Shown here piece after piece: positions 51,394 through 64,000 of a stretch of DNA of 64,000 nucleotides; the first letter of the stretch is position 1; every line of letters starts with the position of its first letter. A program made the position numbers and the translations under genes. The stretch covers positions 1 to 64,000 of the forward strand of contig NW_026853051.1 of the NCBI RefSeq assembly GCF_026571515.1, in the 5' to 3' direction. Source of the stretch: Ruditapes philippinarum (Eukaryota). The notes below the pieces were generated by a model. It did not search any database, was not told where the DNA came from, and was given only the letters and a program-made list of their open reading frames with translations.

Positions 51394-51745
51394 TTATTCT
51401 GCAATGGGACTTATTTTTGGAGTTAAATCAGTGCATTTTATATGTAGCCATTGATCACAAGTATCACAAAAGAGTGCACAGACTACATAGCGTCTGTAGA
51501 ACCCTCTGAAGTGCAGATAACGTAGGTTTCGTCTCATACATATAATTTTGATTGTATTGATATTCCATTGCCACTCGTGTATATAACTACATAGAGTTGA
51601 TCGCGGATTTATAACGTAACATGGATCAAGATTTCCCATCCTGTTGATAAGTTTTCTTTAAACACACCGTATATATTCGTTTCTACGCCGAATACACCCA
51701 GCAATACGGTAAAATTAATAATTCTTACGGGCGCAGCCATATTTG
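51394..51745 (-). pseudogene. Decayed 5' fragment of a LINE (CR1/L2-group) with PHD-finger remnant
   Basis: ALFCDTCDQWLHIKC motif, plus the leader-like aaatatggctgcgccc at the 5' end. Multiple stops are present. Confidence 0.45.
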
Positions 51746-54700
51746 TAGACATCCATACAATGATATCAAGCTTCTTGCGAAATAGATTGTGAAACGTGAA
51801 AGTTGAAAAGTTCGTACAAAGGCAGTTAAAAGGTAATTGAAACTGTCAATGTTATTTTGTATTTATTGTACCTTACCTCAATATTTCATTCTATTTTATC
51901 ACTAAAATTAATAATGAAGAATGCTGTACAGTTGTAGTTTTCAACGCTTCCTGAGCATTTAACACGTATGATAAAATGAGTCCCTGCAAAACAATCTATA
52001 ACAGGTGATGTGATATAGAGAAATAACAACACAAAGTAAAAGCTGAAAATTGCACAAATTGTTTGATTTAGTATGTTCACTTTCAAATTTCAGTGGTAAC
52101 TGTAAACATCAAGTGCCCCTCTGTGAATACTTCCAAATATTGGTTTAAAATTAAATATTGATATTTGTACTGAAGTAAGGAGTCGTCTTGTCTTTAATTA
52201 CAAATATATCATTACAATATTGAAACAAAATGAATGAACACAATTATTTATTTCCCATTAGGCATCATAGTGTCCAAAATCGTACTTTGTATCATTTGTC
52301 TTTTCTATCCTTCACCTTAAATAAATAATTGTATAAGACATTACCAAACAATATAATCACATGCTTTGTAAATAGCATTGTTTAAATGTTTAGTTAAAAA
52401 GGTCAAAATATCTAACAATCAATGTTAAGACATTTGCATTCCTTTTGGAGATTTAATTTCAATGCACACTTTTTTGTCTGGCATAATCTTGTATATTTCA
52501 TATTTTTGTTTATATTTTTGAATAAATTATTTTTGAGTAGCAAAAACAAGTCAGGGATTGTTTCAATCGCCCTTTAACGAGAAAATTGGGAGAATGTTGT
52601 AAGCTTCTATGAGTAACTTAAGAGAAAAATTTCAGGAGAAGAGAAAGACTGGAGATATTTATGCCCAGCATGCTACGACTGTAAATTATTTATATTTGAT
52701 GTGACACGCGGCCTTATTATCTTCAAACCAGTATTTTTGCGCACAAGTGAAACATAACTATAACTGTGTCCTTCTTTCTTCAACTTTGCATATTTTGGAA
52801 TTGAATTTTTCCATACCTCAGTGGATAGGTATTTCAGTGGAGAAACATTCTTAAGCATAATTATCGTGAATAATTTTAGGTTATTTGAAATTGAACTGTA
52901 CAAAACATATTTATATATTTAAATATAGATATATTTGGACGAGTACACAGCTGGAGGACGATCCGCTATGTACTTGTTAAATATTTATTAACTTTTTAAA
53001 ACTATATCTACACCATAATGAAGTATTATGACCTATTAATATAATTTAGGTTTGACGTTGCAAGACGCCGACAACGCGCTTAGTATTAATTCATTGGGTA
53101 CTTTTGTCGTTAACGGATTTCATCATTGACGTTATATAGAAAGGGCCTAAGCATTTAACTGACCAATATGAAATAATATACAGCTACAGCGTCGTCAAAT
53201 ATGGGAACGTGTTAATATTTAAAAGCAAAATTGGAAGGTAATAATTGATATGAAATAATTAAATAAATAAATAAATAAATAAATAAAGAGGGGTTTAACC
53301 CTTCGAAACGTTGGAGATTGAAAACTTTGTGAAGAAGATAATTTAAAATAAATAAAGTTTTTTTTTTTTGGAAAAAATACATTTCAATTACTTTACTTAG
53401 GCTATATTCATATCACTTTACCTCTTATTTCCAGCAATTTATAAACAATGACAAATATCCATGCTCATTCAAAATTTCGTCAAGTTCCTTGCAAACTAAT
53501 GATACCAAGTAGGAATTCACAATGATTTCAACTTCTATAGAACAACATTCATTAGCAAAAATATATTTGACCATAATTCAATCGTTGTACTGTAGTCCTT
53601 AAGTTCTAAGCCGTAAAATATTTTTTAAATTTGATATCGATGTTAGACTCTGGAAATGAAAACGAGACAATATGGAGTACGATATGCATTTGATATAGGT
53701 ACATCACGTGGTGCAAGCACTTAAAGTTCTGTGGTTATTATTTTATGAGGCGTAATATGAATTAAATTATAAAAGTCTTAAACTCGGCTGTGTCTATATA
53801 CTGCTCATCATGTATTTCATTGTACAAATATGCTAACATTTGGCAATATTGAGAAAGTAATTCGTAAAGAATGATTTAATGTATACATTATTAACAGGCA
53901 ATATTTCTGAAAGTCAATACCATATAGATCCATCAATATGTATTATTATACGGGATGTATTTACAAATGCTTAAGTACATGTATATGTTACTGTATGGAT
54001 CTGGAACGGTAACTTTTTGTTTAATTGGTATACATGTAAGACTTGATCAAATGACAATCACCGCATTTTTAAATACTTTCTATTAGTATAACATTAACGA
54101 TCATCACAAAATGGAGCAACATGAAGTGTAACTATATTCACTGTGTTTGTTCATTTTGATGCGCTGCAAGAGACTATCTAGAGACGGTCTCTTTCATTTG
54201 CTTTGCATATTCAGCTTTAACGTGACGGATGTATCCACCAAAATGGTTTTCTTTCATATTTGTGTACATTTCTTTTATACCGCTAAAACACACAAATTCT
54301 TCAATTTCATCACATCCTCTGAAAACTGTTTAACTAGTTCAGTTATATCAACTTCACTCTACTGTCAATGTGATGCCGTTTAACTATTCTTAATTTAATC
54401 AGGAAATGTCTGCAGTGCTCACGAACAACGACATATCCACACTGAACAGCCTATTAATGACACCGCGCAAAACAAAAGAATGCCATTGCAGTATACAATA
54501 TAGGGTATCTTTGTGATTTTATTTATCACTTTAATCTTTAAGCAAGGAAACGATAAATATTGTAAAAGTAATCAACAACCCAAGAAGATAGACAATATAA
54601 CAGTATTAGGAAAACTCAAAATAGTTCCCTTAGAGGTTAAACACATTCTTGCGGGCACATAAGATTAATTGAATGTTAAAGACATAACCACAACAATCTT

Positions 54701-57700
54701 CTCAAATGTCCAATATCTGTAATTGTTTATTGATTGTTGTGAAGGTGACGAGCTTAGAGAGATTTAATCTTGACAAAGGAATTATTTTAAGACTTCATTC
54801 AAGATAAATGTAGTTCCTTTTTGAAGACTTTCATTCATGCAATGGCAATTAATTATTTCTACGTAGAAAATAATATAAAAAAAGACTTTTAAAAGAATAT
54901 AAAGTTACAGGGTACAAAGTAAGTTAACGGAGAAAAAATATGCAGACACTGGTAACATGTCGACTTTAAATTCCGATGTAAAATTTAAATCCAGTTTATT
55001 TTTAAGAAATAATTCAATATATTGAAAACAAGACACTTTTATAAAGATGAAGTATATAAAGACACAAACGCAAAAAGGATTGATTAAATCACACCATAAT
55101 TATATAGAATACGAGACCATGATCAGCTGTCTTGCCTGTAATATAATATATAATATCTTTATTTCCTCCATAATCATTTCAAATCAATCTATCGTTTAAA
55201 ACTTTAACATTTAAATGATTTATGATTGTGTAGGTAAAAAAAATAAACAATTTTTCTTCATTGTTTCATGAAAGAAATAACATTCTTGTCAAAACAATAT
55301 TCGAAGCTATTAAGACGTTTAAGTGTTCAATTATTGCTGACGTCGTCGGATTTATTTCATGTCTAATTTTGTGTAAAATTGAACACTGTGTAGTCAAAAG
55401 AGACGCACGTCATTCCAATTACGAACAATTTACTCTTATAACATACTGAGCGTTATTTTCACACCAACCTCTTTTTATCACTTCAAAAATGCTTTTACAT
55501 TGATTATACATTCAAAACATTTTGTTGTCTGTTTAAAAATTAAAGAATGTTATACTATATGTATCTGTTTTGTAAAGTCAAGGTTAAAATGAAATATAAA
55601 AACATATATTTATTCTCTTTCATTTTAAGTTATACTGCCAGTCAAAAATGAAAAACTGGCTATCTTTTGAAATTCTGGTACTTTATGTAAAGGAATGAGT
55701 AAACCCAAGGTCATTGTGAGTAGCATCACCAAACATTTTCTAAGCACATTTTACATCAAATTAATTAAAGATATCTTTAAAAAATGAATACAATAACTTA
55801 ATTGAATGTGTTTGTCATACAAAAAAATGCAATTATTTCTATTCAAAGATTACTTAAGCTTCCAAGAAAAACTTTATCGATGAGGAGTAATCTTTAAACG
55901 ACGATGTTCAGTATCTTACAGTAATTATTATGTGCGTGTTCAATAGTAGTTATGAGTTTATTGTAATGGTATTGTGTCTATTTGTAGATACGAGTCAAAA
56001 ACAGAACTGTTTTATTAATTAAGTCCTTCATACATAAAGACGTAAGCATTTTCTTCTTTAGTTTAAATATATTTTACATTTAGAGATAAACATTTGTGAA
56101 TAGAAAAAGGTTCAAATGTTCAAAAACTTTTTCTTTATAAAAAACACATTCAATTGATTAAGTTATTGTATTCATTATCTTAGAAATCTTTAATTAATAA
56201 GATTTGGTTAAATCTTATCTGTGAAAAAACACTTGTACAAAAGTAGTAGTAACCAAAGCTTCCTGTGCATTTAATACATGTAGTAAAATAAGTACGTGCA
56301 TGAAAATAAATGTACTCGTAAAAGATTCTGGAACAGGAAATGTACCTTTGAGATAAAAACACAAAGTAAAAAGTAATAAATCGCACACGCAATTTTATTT
56401 AGTATGTTGACTTTCAAAATCAAGTGGCAGCGGTAAACAACAAGTGTACCTCTATGTGCAATTCCAAATATTGGTTTAGAATAAATATTGATATTTGTAT
56501 TAAAGTGAGGAGTCATCTTGTCTCTTCTTTAAAATATATCAATGCAAAATTGTCAAAATAAGAATGCTTTAAACAATTATTAATTTCCCATAAGGTATTA
56601 TAGAGTTCAATACCGTATTTAGTAACATATGCTACTTCTATCCTTCACCATAATTGGATACAATTGTCTGTATAACATCCATATATATAATTCATATGCT
56701 TTATATTTGACACGTTAGATAGCATTGTCATGAAGTCGCGTTTGATATATGTTAAGCATCTAACTTAGTTAAAGATTATATCATTTAACAATCATTTAGA
56801 TTTGATTCAATGGACACTTTTTGAAGTAATCTTTTACATTCAGTTAAAAATAGAAGTAGCAAAGACAAGTCAGGGATTGTTTCAACCGCCTTATAACTAG
56901 AAAGATGTGAGAATGTTGTATGCTTTATTTAGTTACTAAAGAGAAACATATTAAAAGTTCAGGAGAAGAGAAAGAGTCGAGATAATTACGCCCAGCATGC
57001 TACGACAGTAAATTATTTATAATTGATGCGACACGCGGCTTTGTTATGTTCAAGCCAATATTTTGTGCGCAAATGTAAAATATTAAGTAACATTTTCATT
57101 CTAACTTCATCTTTAATATATCAGCGGATAGACATTCTTAAAAATATTTTCATCTTATCGGAAATTACTTAATCTATTTCATACGAAAATACATTGAAAT
57201 ACTTGAAAGGCTATATTCGTACTTAAGCATGTTAATTTTTTATTTCCAGTCAAACAATGACAAATATTAAAGCTCATTCTTATTTTTACCAATATTCCTT
57301 ACAGTATTACAAGAGGATGATAAAAGCTTTGTAAAACGTAAATACAGTGCAAACAAAGTATGAATTCACAATGATTTTAATTTTTTATGGAGCAATAATA
57401 AATATCTTTGCCCAAATGCAAAACAATGCAATTGTGGTCCTGTATCTTTTTTTTAATTTAACGTAAAATGTAATTAAGGTAAATTGCAACCTTTTTAAGA
57501 TTGGTTAAACGTAATTAGAACACAAGCAAATAGCAGGTATTTCCAAAGTTTATATACCATAATTTAAGATAAATAGGCTAAACAATAATTTTGGATTTAA
57601 CCACTATCAAACGACCAGTAAGCCATAAATGACTATAGCATTTAGTCGTGTTTCTTTTGAGTCACACTCACTAGAAGGTTTCATTTAAAAGATATCGATA

Positions 57701-58343
57701 TTAGAAAAAAATTGACAGAAACACATTAATATGCATACAGCAATAACAATGTAAGATCTTCTAGATTTATCTGTGCAGTACATAGATATGAATATATGAA
57801 TCCAACAATTTGAAATAGAAATTCAGATGATGATGGTGAAAATACAACAAGATAAATCTTATCAAGTCATTCATAACGTACGTGAAAGTGTGAGAATTCT
57901 AATAAATTATAAATCTATAATTCTTTAAAATCTTTTGTGTACTAAGAGTACAAATGTATTTAAAAGTCATACTTATTGATGAAAACAAAGCGTATTTTCG
58001 ATTAATATGCTACCTGTGGGTAAAAGTCCTGTTCAATGTATTTTTCTGTGGTTAAAGCCCTATCATGATTGGTAAAAAAGGAATTAAGAACTGACTTTAG
58101 ATGACGTTTGTTATCATTCCATTCATTCAATGTTTCTTAGAAACAAATGCAATTTCCGGAGTTTTTCCGTTTCTAGACATTTTCGTTTTTTCATTGTTTC
58201 GTTCCATGTTGATTTATTCTAATCAAATATTCAATTTTTTCCAATGCTTTTTTGTTTCAATGAATTACTACATCAATTAGAATAGAAAACTACAGACAGG
58301 GACATTTGACCAGAAATACAGGTTTTCTCAGTATATATGTAAC

Positions 58344-59862
58344 CAGGGCTGGGAATCAAAACTGCGTCGTATCCTACAAAATGTAAACAAACGCCGCCAT
58401 CTTGGAACGAAAAACGTATGTTTTTGTTTATAACTCTTTTTGTTGGAAATGACTGAAAACAAGATATATGTATTAACACGCTACACTATTTTCCGCTTCG
58501 TTCGGTATATGTTGCTTGCACAACTATTTTGTAAAACAAAAGTTATAGCGAACTTGCAACTCGAAGCGGGGCAAAAGTTTTATGAAAATGTGTGGATACG
58601 ACGCAGTTCATATTGCTTTATCTATCGTTTTTTCCTTCAAATCAATTATATATTTGTTTCAGAGTTCACCATAAACTTCGAAATATAATTTTGCATCATT
58701 TACTAAAAATTTATTAAAAAGAGATGTTTATTTTCTAAGAAAATAATGATTTTTACGAAATGATACGACGCAGTTGAAAATAAAATATGATACGACGCAG
58801 TTGTATTTTTGGCAGTCTTTTCAACAGGAATAATTTTGGCAATATTTTTCTATTTTATGGAATAATCACTTGCGCTAGATAAAAACCCAGATCATTTGCG
58901 GTGTAAAACAATGTTCTGTTGATTATTTAGAATACAATGTGTCATGTCCACTATAACATTTAATTTGAAAGTTTACATTGCGGAAGCTACTTTTCTGTTA
59001 AACATGAACATGTTACCTTATTGATCATAATATCTGAAATAATTTCTTATATTTTCCTGTATGTTCAATATTATCCTTAATTTTTTTCGCAAAAAAAAAA
59101 TGTAGAAATCTATTAACTTAAATTCATTTTGGCTAGCTACGCTCTAAGTTAACTGTGGTTCTGCATGTTCTGGGTAATGACTGCTTTTTTGTGGTTTCTT
59201 TTCAAACTTTCACTCTACACATTAGCTTTACTAGGGGCGAGGACCTCAGGTGCGCCTTTGTGCATAATTTCAGGCAAAATGTTGTACCTGCAGAGAACCG
59301 TCGACATTTTGAAACTAGCTTGATTGGTTTTCCACACAAAAGAATAAAAAGTCCCTGGTGGTTTTCGAATTCATAGCAGTTCAGTTCAAGTGATTTGAAT
59401 TCAGTAAACATAAACAGCTCGGCCTCGGTCGGACACACCTGTCTGATTTGTTTTTTTTTTCAACAAAATTTGTTAACGTCAGCTGTACAAATAAGCAGCT
59501 TTTTTATTAACTTCTGGCGTGAAGTTTTAAGATTATAAATATTTGAAATAATTATAAAGAGAATAAAATTTAAATTTCTTATTTCGGTATATATATAATG
59601 GAACAAAATTCAAATTCAAAAATAATATTCATTTGAATAATTCTTCAAACAACTAAAATATCTTTTAAGTTAAGAAATGAATGTTATTGGTATAATTAAG
59701 CTTGGCATGCTTAATCTTTTCATAATACTGTGTAAATATTTAAGATTCAAAACGAAATATAGTAAAAAATATTCCTACATTCCAAATTTCTTATAATTCA
59801 TATTTACGAAGGAAAATGGTTATATTTTGTAGGATACGACGCAGTTTTGATTCCCAGCCCTG
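58344..59862. mobile_element. 1.5-kb non-autonomous DNA transposon with ~39-bp TIRs and 5-bp TSD (hAT5-like candidate)
   Basis: TIR cagggctgggaatcaaaactgcgtcgtatcctacaaaat at both ends. TSD GTAAC at 58339-58343 and 59863-59867. The internal motif gatacgacgcagtt is repeated. Confidence 0.88.
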
Positions 59863-60810
59863 GTAACATTACTTGTGTTATGTTAAGTAGAAAGAAACAA
59901 ATGATGTTGTAAACAAGCTACTTGTTGTAGATTTTCCATTTATCTATATTTTTTTACAATTTTTTATTTCAGATTTAAACGAATATGGTACCATATAGGT
60001 GTACCTTCACTTAATTTACGGTTTAAAAAAATTAAATCTTATGGTTGCTTTGGCAACGCGATGTCTGTAAGTTAAGAAAAACAAAAAACAAATAGTACTT
60101 TAATACCACAACTATAACTAATTGACATCGTAAACCGTAAAAAGAACATTGTTTATGGTAAGTCTAACATTTAAAGACGGAATTTTGTTTATCGATTGCT
60201 GATAAAAAGTCATAGCAGCAAAGCGGTCTTTGATATTTGTTATTTTGTACTTGGTAATTCTATTAATAAATTTGTTATCTGGTGTGCATATTTCCATCAA
60301 GCGAAACAGCGACTTGCAGTGACAAGATTAAAGTTACATTGATTATGTGTGTCATTTTAACAAAATTTTGAAGTCAATATCACGAGAACATTTGATAATA
60401 ATGACTGACACTGCGTTCATCGTAAAGTCACATCATACTGCTTGTCACCTTAATTATAAAAATATAATTTTGTGCTATGCCGAGTTTTATAAATATCGCA
60501 ACATCAATTATTTCCTTACTAGTTGTCCTTTTATCCGCCTCTGTACATAATATTTTATCACTGTTTCGTACATCATTTATACAAAGAATGAATATTTTAC
60601 TTTTTGTGTTTAAGTCCGGAAATTTGGAATGTAGGAATATTTTTTACTATATTTCGTTTTGAATCTTAAATATTTACACAGTATTATGAAAAGATTAAGC
60701 ATGCCAAGCTTAATTATACCAATAACATTCATTTCTTAACTTAAAAGATATTTTAGTTGTTTGAAGAATTATTCAAATGAATATTATTTTTGAATTTGAA
60801 TTTTGTTCCA
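59599..60810. repeat. Perfect 192-bp inverted duplication (59599-59790 vs 60619-60810)
   Basis: Direct reverse-complement comparison by eye found no mismatch. Confidence 0.9.
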
Positions 60811-61978
60811 GCTAAAAAGTTATTCATTTTTTCAACATTAAATATTAAAAGGGTTCTTTACTAATACAACAAAGATCGCACACATTTGCATTATAAAGTT
60901 TATTGGAAATAAGTGCATTAAAAGTGGAAACCGCAAAAATTAGTGTCGCTTTTAGACTTGAAGATTTTACTATTTTTGGTTTCCAATTCACTTTTATTAC
61001 GTTGAACGTTAAAAATGGTTTCTCATTGTTAGATGCAGTTGGATTTTTAACTTTTTTTTAAGTTGTTGCAAAATTGATCTTGTGACTTTGTTATTTTCAC
61101 TTCAGCAGCCTTTTTATTTTCATAGGGAAATTGCATTGGAATATTGTCTTTTTTAAATTTTTTCGAATATCTTATTTCAATTGATGGTATTTATATAATC
61201 TGACATATCAAATTGTATAATTTGTGTTGCTGCTATAAATCTACAAAAGGCTCTTGTACGAAAATCAAAGAATATGTCAATGTCTTTCATACCTTCTTCA
61301 CGCATTCCTGTATATGGCAAATTATTGAAATAATATCTCAGGAAAGTTCACGACATAAAATATATCTGTTAATGTGTGTGTCTTACATTTTTAAAATATC
61401 CTGAAAATCAAAAATAAATTTACTACCAAATGGTTTTAATATATTGTCAAAAACAAAAGACTTTCAAATGTCCATCGTTTTCACCTGAAACCATTCTTTT
61501 TACCGAACAAGCTTTAATAAAAGTTATAAAAGATTAACAAATATTGATTTTAAATACTTCCATAGCGTAGTCTTTTATAATTATTTTGTCTGTCTTACCA
61601 TCCCATAAAAACAACTGTTAAATCTTTTGATGTTGTATCTTTTAATATATGATCAAGTTGGTTTTGAAAAACAATGATTGGATCAATTTCATTCTTGAAG
61701 TTTAGATTCTTAGTTTAACATAATCATTTTAGAGTCTTGGATAGAAAGTTATGCCAAAAGTGTAAGCATGTTTTATGTCTAAGTAAAATTCATAGTAACA
61801 ACATAGTTTAGATTTATTCTTTAAAGGGTCCAACTTTCAAGACAACAACAACATATATTTTGAAATATTTAATTTTACACTAGATATATTTCCAAATTTG
61901 TTATGACTTTAATTGGCGTTTTTGTCAATTATGTATAAATGCCATAAAAAAACACTCGATATGATATTTCGTTATTAA

Positions 61979-62048
61979 CCCTTTCACTGCCATAGGGCCG
62001 TCCCTGTTATTTTCGGCGTATTTGCCATATGGACGGCTTTAGCCGTTT
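61979..62048 (+). mobile_element. Short piggyBac-like terminal fragment
   Basis: TTAA|CCCTTTCACTGCC start; lies between two copies of a 35-bp direct repeat (61944-61978, 62188-62222). Confidence 0.5.
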
Positions 62049-63139
62049 CTATAATAATAATAGTAATAATAATAAATTAATAATAATAATAATAAAAATA
62101 ATAATAGATATAAAGAAAATTATTCCATCGACAATAATTATTATTATACTAACAGATTTGGAAACATATATTATTATTATAATACTAATAAAAAAACACT
62201 CGATATGATATTTCGTTATTAATTATTTCATAACCCTTTATAGCATTATCTTTTGCAATTTCATTTGTTAGAAAAACAAACCCAATTCTACATTATTTAA
62301 AATGAAGTCGATAAATAATGTTTCCTTTCTGTATAAAAGGCAAACATGTGTTTTTATAATGTTATAATCATTACAATAATACGTATTGCCAGAACGAACA
62401 CAAGCAAAAGGTGGTCCAGCAATTTAGCTTATAAGTAATATTTTGGAAACAGTAATAGGACATCAAAAAATAAAATCTTTTGAAAAATGAAATATTTTCA
62501 TTTTAGGCTTAACAGACCTGTTACGCAACTTTAGATATAAAAACAGTAAACTCATTATACACTTAAAAGACCCTCGAAAAAAACTCAAAACACATATTTT
62601 CATTTAATGTAAAATATTTCATATTTTAACATACTTCAGGTATTTTTAAGTTATTACAATCATTATGATCAATCTGAATTATATATATATTTTGAAATAA
62701 CGAAAAGGAATTGACATGTGAAGCTCACTCTAAAAATATTTTGCTAACCGAACTTTTTATGAAACTAAAGAATTTACGGCATTAACAGTGCAATTTTTAA
62801 AAAATCAAGCTTGTATTCAGTAACTTAAAGAAAGCGATCCCCTGTTAAAGAGCTTTCGTTTAAGTGAAGGTTATATTTGTTATACATGTATAATTATAAC
62901 ATGCAATACATATCAACTTTTATAATTGTTTCATATGTTTTACCTGGTGAGTTTTTAACCCCAAGATCATAACCACCGATATGCTAAAAAATGACATTAT
63001 TCTTAATTAGAGAAAGGAAATATATTGCAGACATAAAAAAATTATTTGAAGATAAATACAGGAAGAACTTTATTAGGATAAAATAACGAAACTTCTCAAA
63101 TTCATTTCAAACGAACTGGTAAGACATAATCATAATGGT

Positions 63140-63772
63140 CTGAGATGCCAGAACACGCCAAGAACACGCAACGCTCGCATTAATGTTCTTGTGATGAAAT
63201 TATAATGCCATCTTGTCACGCAATTTGAAACAAATATTAATCCTTGACAACAACATAATTTTTTTTCTTCTATACATATTTGCATATACATGTATTTCTC
63301 TTACAAAGGTAGAACCGGTTGAACCGGGTAATGCTCCCCGAATATGTTTTGGACACAGGAAAGTATACCTCTTGTAGTGTCAGATTTATGTCACAGACAA
63401 AGTTCAAAGTGTAAAAATGAACAAAGGGCAATAACTCTAAAATTAAGTAAAGCACAGTTAAGGGTTTTTTTTGCACTGCACTTCTATTAAATCGGATAAA
63501 TTTTCTTACAAAGTTTCATGTTGATATATCTACTAGTTTTAGAGTTATGTCCCGGGCAAAGTTCAAATTGTAAAAATGGACAAAGGGCAATTACTCCAAA
63601 ATTAGGCAAGACAGAGTTATGGTTCTTTAGCACTGGACTTCTACTCAGTGAGATCTATCTACCTTCAAAGTTCATGTTGATATCACTTGTTGTTTCAAAG
63701 TTATGTCCCGGACAAGAATAGCGGACGGACGGACAAAGCGGCGACTATATGCTCACCCTTCGGGGAGCATAA
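63140..63772. mobile_element. Helentron-associated (HINE-like) element with 2-3 internal ~140-bp repeats; left boundary uncertain
   Basis: Repeats aaagttcaaa.tgtaaaaatg.acaaagggcaat.actc...gagttatgtcccgg, a GACG microsatellite and the terminal hairpin atgctc-acccttcggg-gagcat followed by an A-run. Confidence 0.7.
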
Positions 63773-64000
63773 AAATTAACTGGTATGAGATGATGTTGTT
63801 TTCTTCTTTTATTTTTTTTGTGAAGCTTACACACATAAAGACGTTATAACTGCTCGTGAATCAATTTAATATTTAGAATGTTTTATTGTCCTCTTTTCTT
63901 ATTCTTTATATTGTTCTCATTAATTTGCGACCCCAATAAAAGCTTTAGATAACAATTTATTCTTTAACTTTAGAATCTAAAGTACATGATCGATTACAAT

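Larger units (their letters stand above)
50300..57400. repeat. Old tandem duplication (~50300-53600 vs ~54500-57400)
   Basis: Shared islands include gaggttaaacacattcttgcgggcacataa, caagtcagggattgtttcaa and gcccagcatgctacgac, in the same order. Confidence 0.8.

Noticed and set aside
53285-53315. gaggggtttaacccttcgaaacgttgg resembling stem II-GAAAC of a minimal PLE hammerhead
   Set aside because: The CUGA core is absent (replaced by an AAAT tract); at most a dead fragment.
59155-59438. Short ORFs inside the TIR element as a transposase
   Set aside because: No DDE, BED or dimerisation motif is recognisable, and the ORFs are under 80 aa.

Overview
AT-rich animal genomic DNA, most likely a bivalve mollusc (inferred from the repeat families). 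It is dominated by transposable elements and old segmental duplications. The only recognisable host gene is a stum/SPEC3-like membrane-protein gene on the + strand. It has three visible exons (~3149-3359, 15034-15216, 15700-16001/16175), all junctions phase 1 GT-AG, with no clear start codon and an in-frame TGA in the last exon. Its first visible intron holds a full-length 6.46-kb Ngaro-type tyrosine-recombinase retrotransposon (4593-11052). This element has split direct repeats A1...B1-A2-spacer-B2, gag, RT/RNase H, YR and an SGNH-hydrolase ORF, a shared AATA crossover core, and apparent promoter and splice signals. Positions ~1-49.8 kb form a degenerate tandem array of a 5-10 kb unit, and only one copy retains the stum exons. 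The paralogous copies supply empty sites that define several insertions precisely: a TTAA piggyBac-type MITE trimer, a MITE that may have hopped locally, TSD-less hairpin elements, a Naiad-like Penelope 3' fragment and a Helentron-type element with a ~165-bp satellite. The distal part has an older ~4.3-kb duplication, a 1.5-kb TIR element with a 5-bp TSD and a perfect 192-bp inverted duplication. No prokaryotic system, rRNA, tRNA or CRISPR array is supported. Most components belong to known classes; the novelty lies in their architecture.
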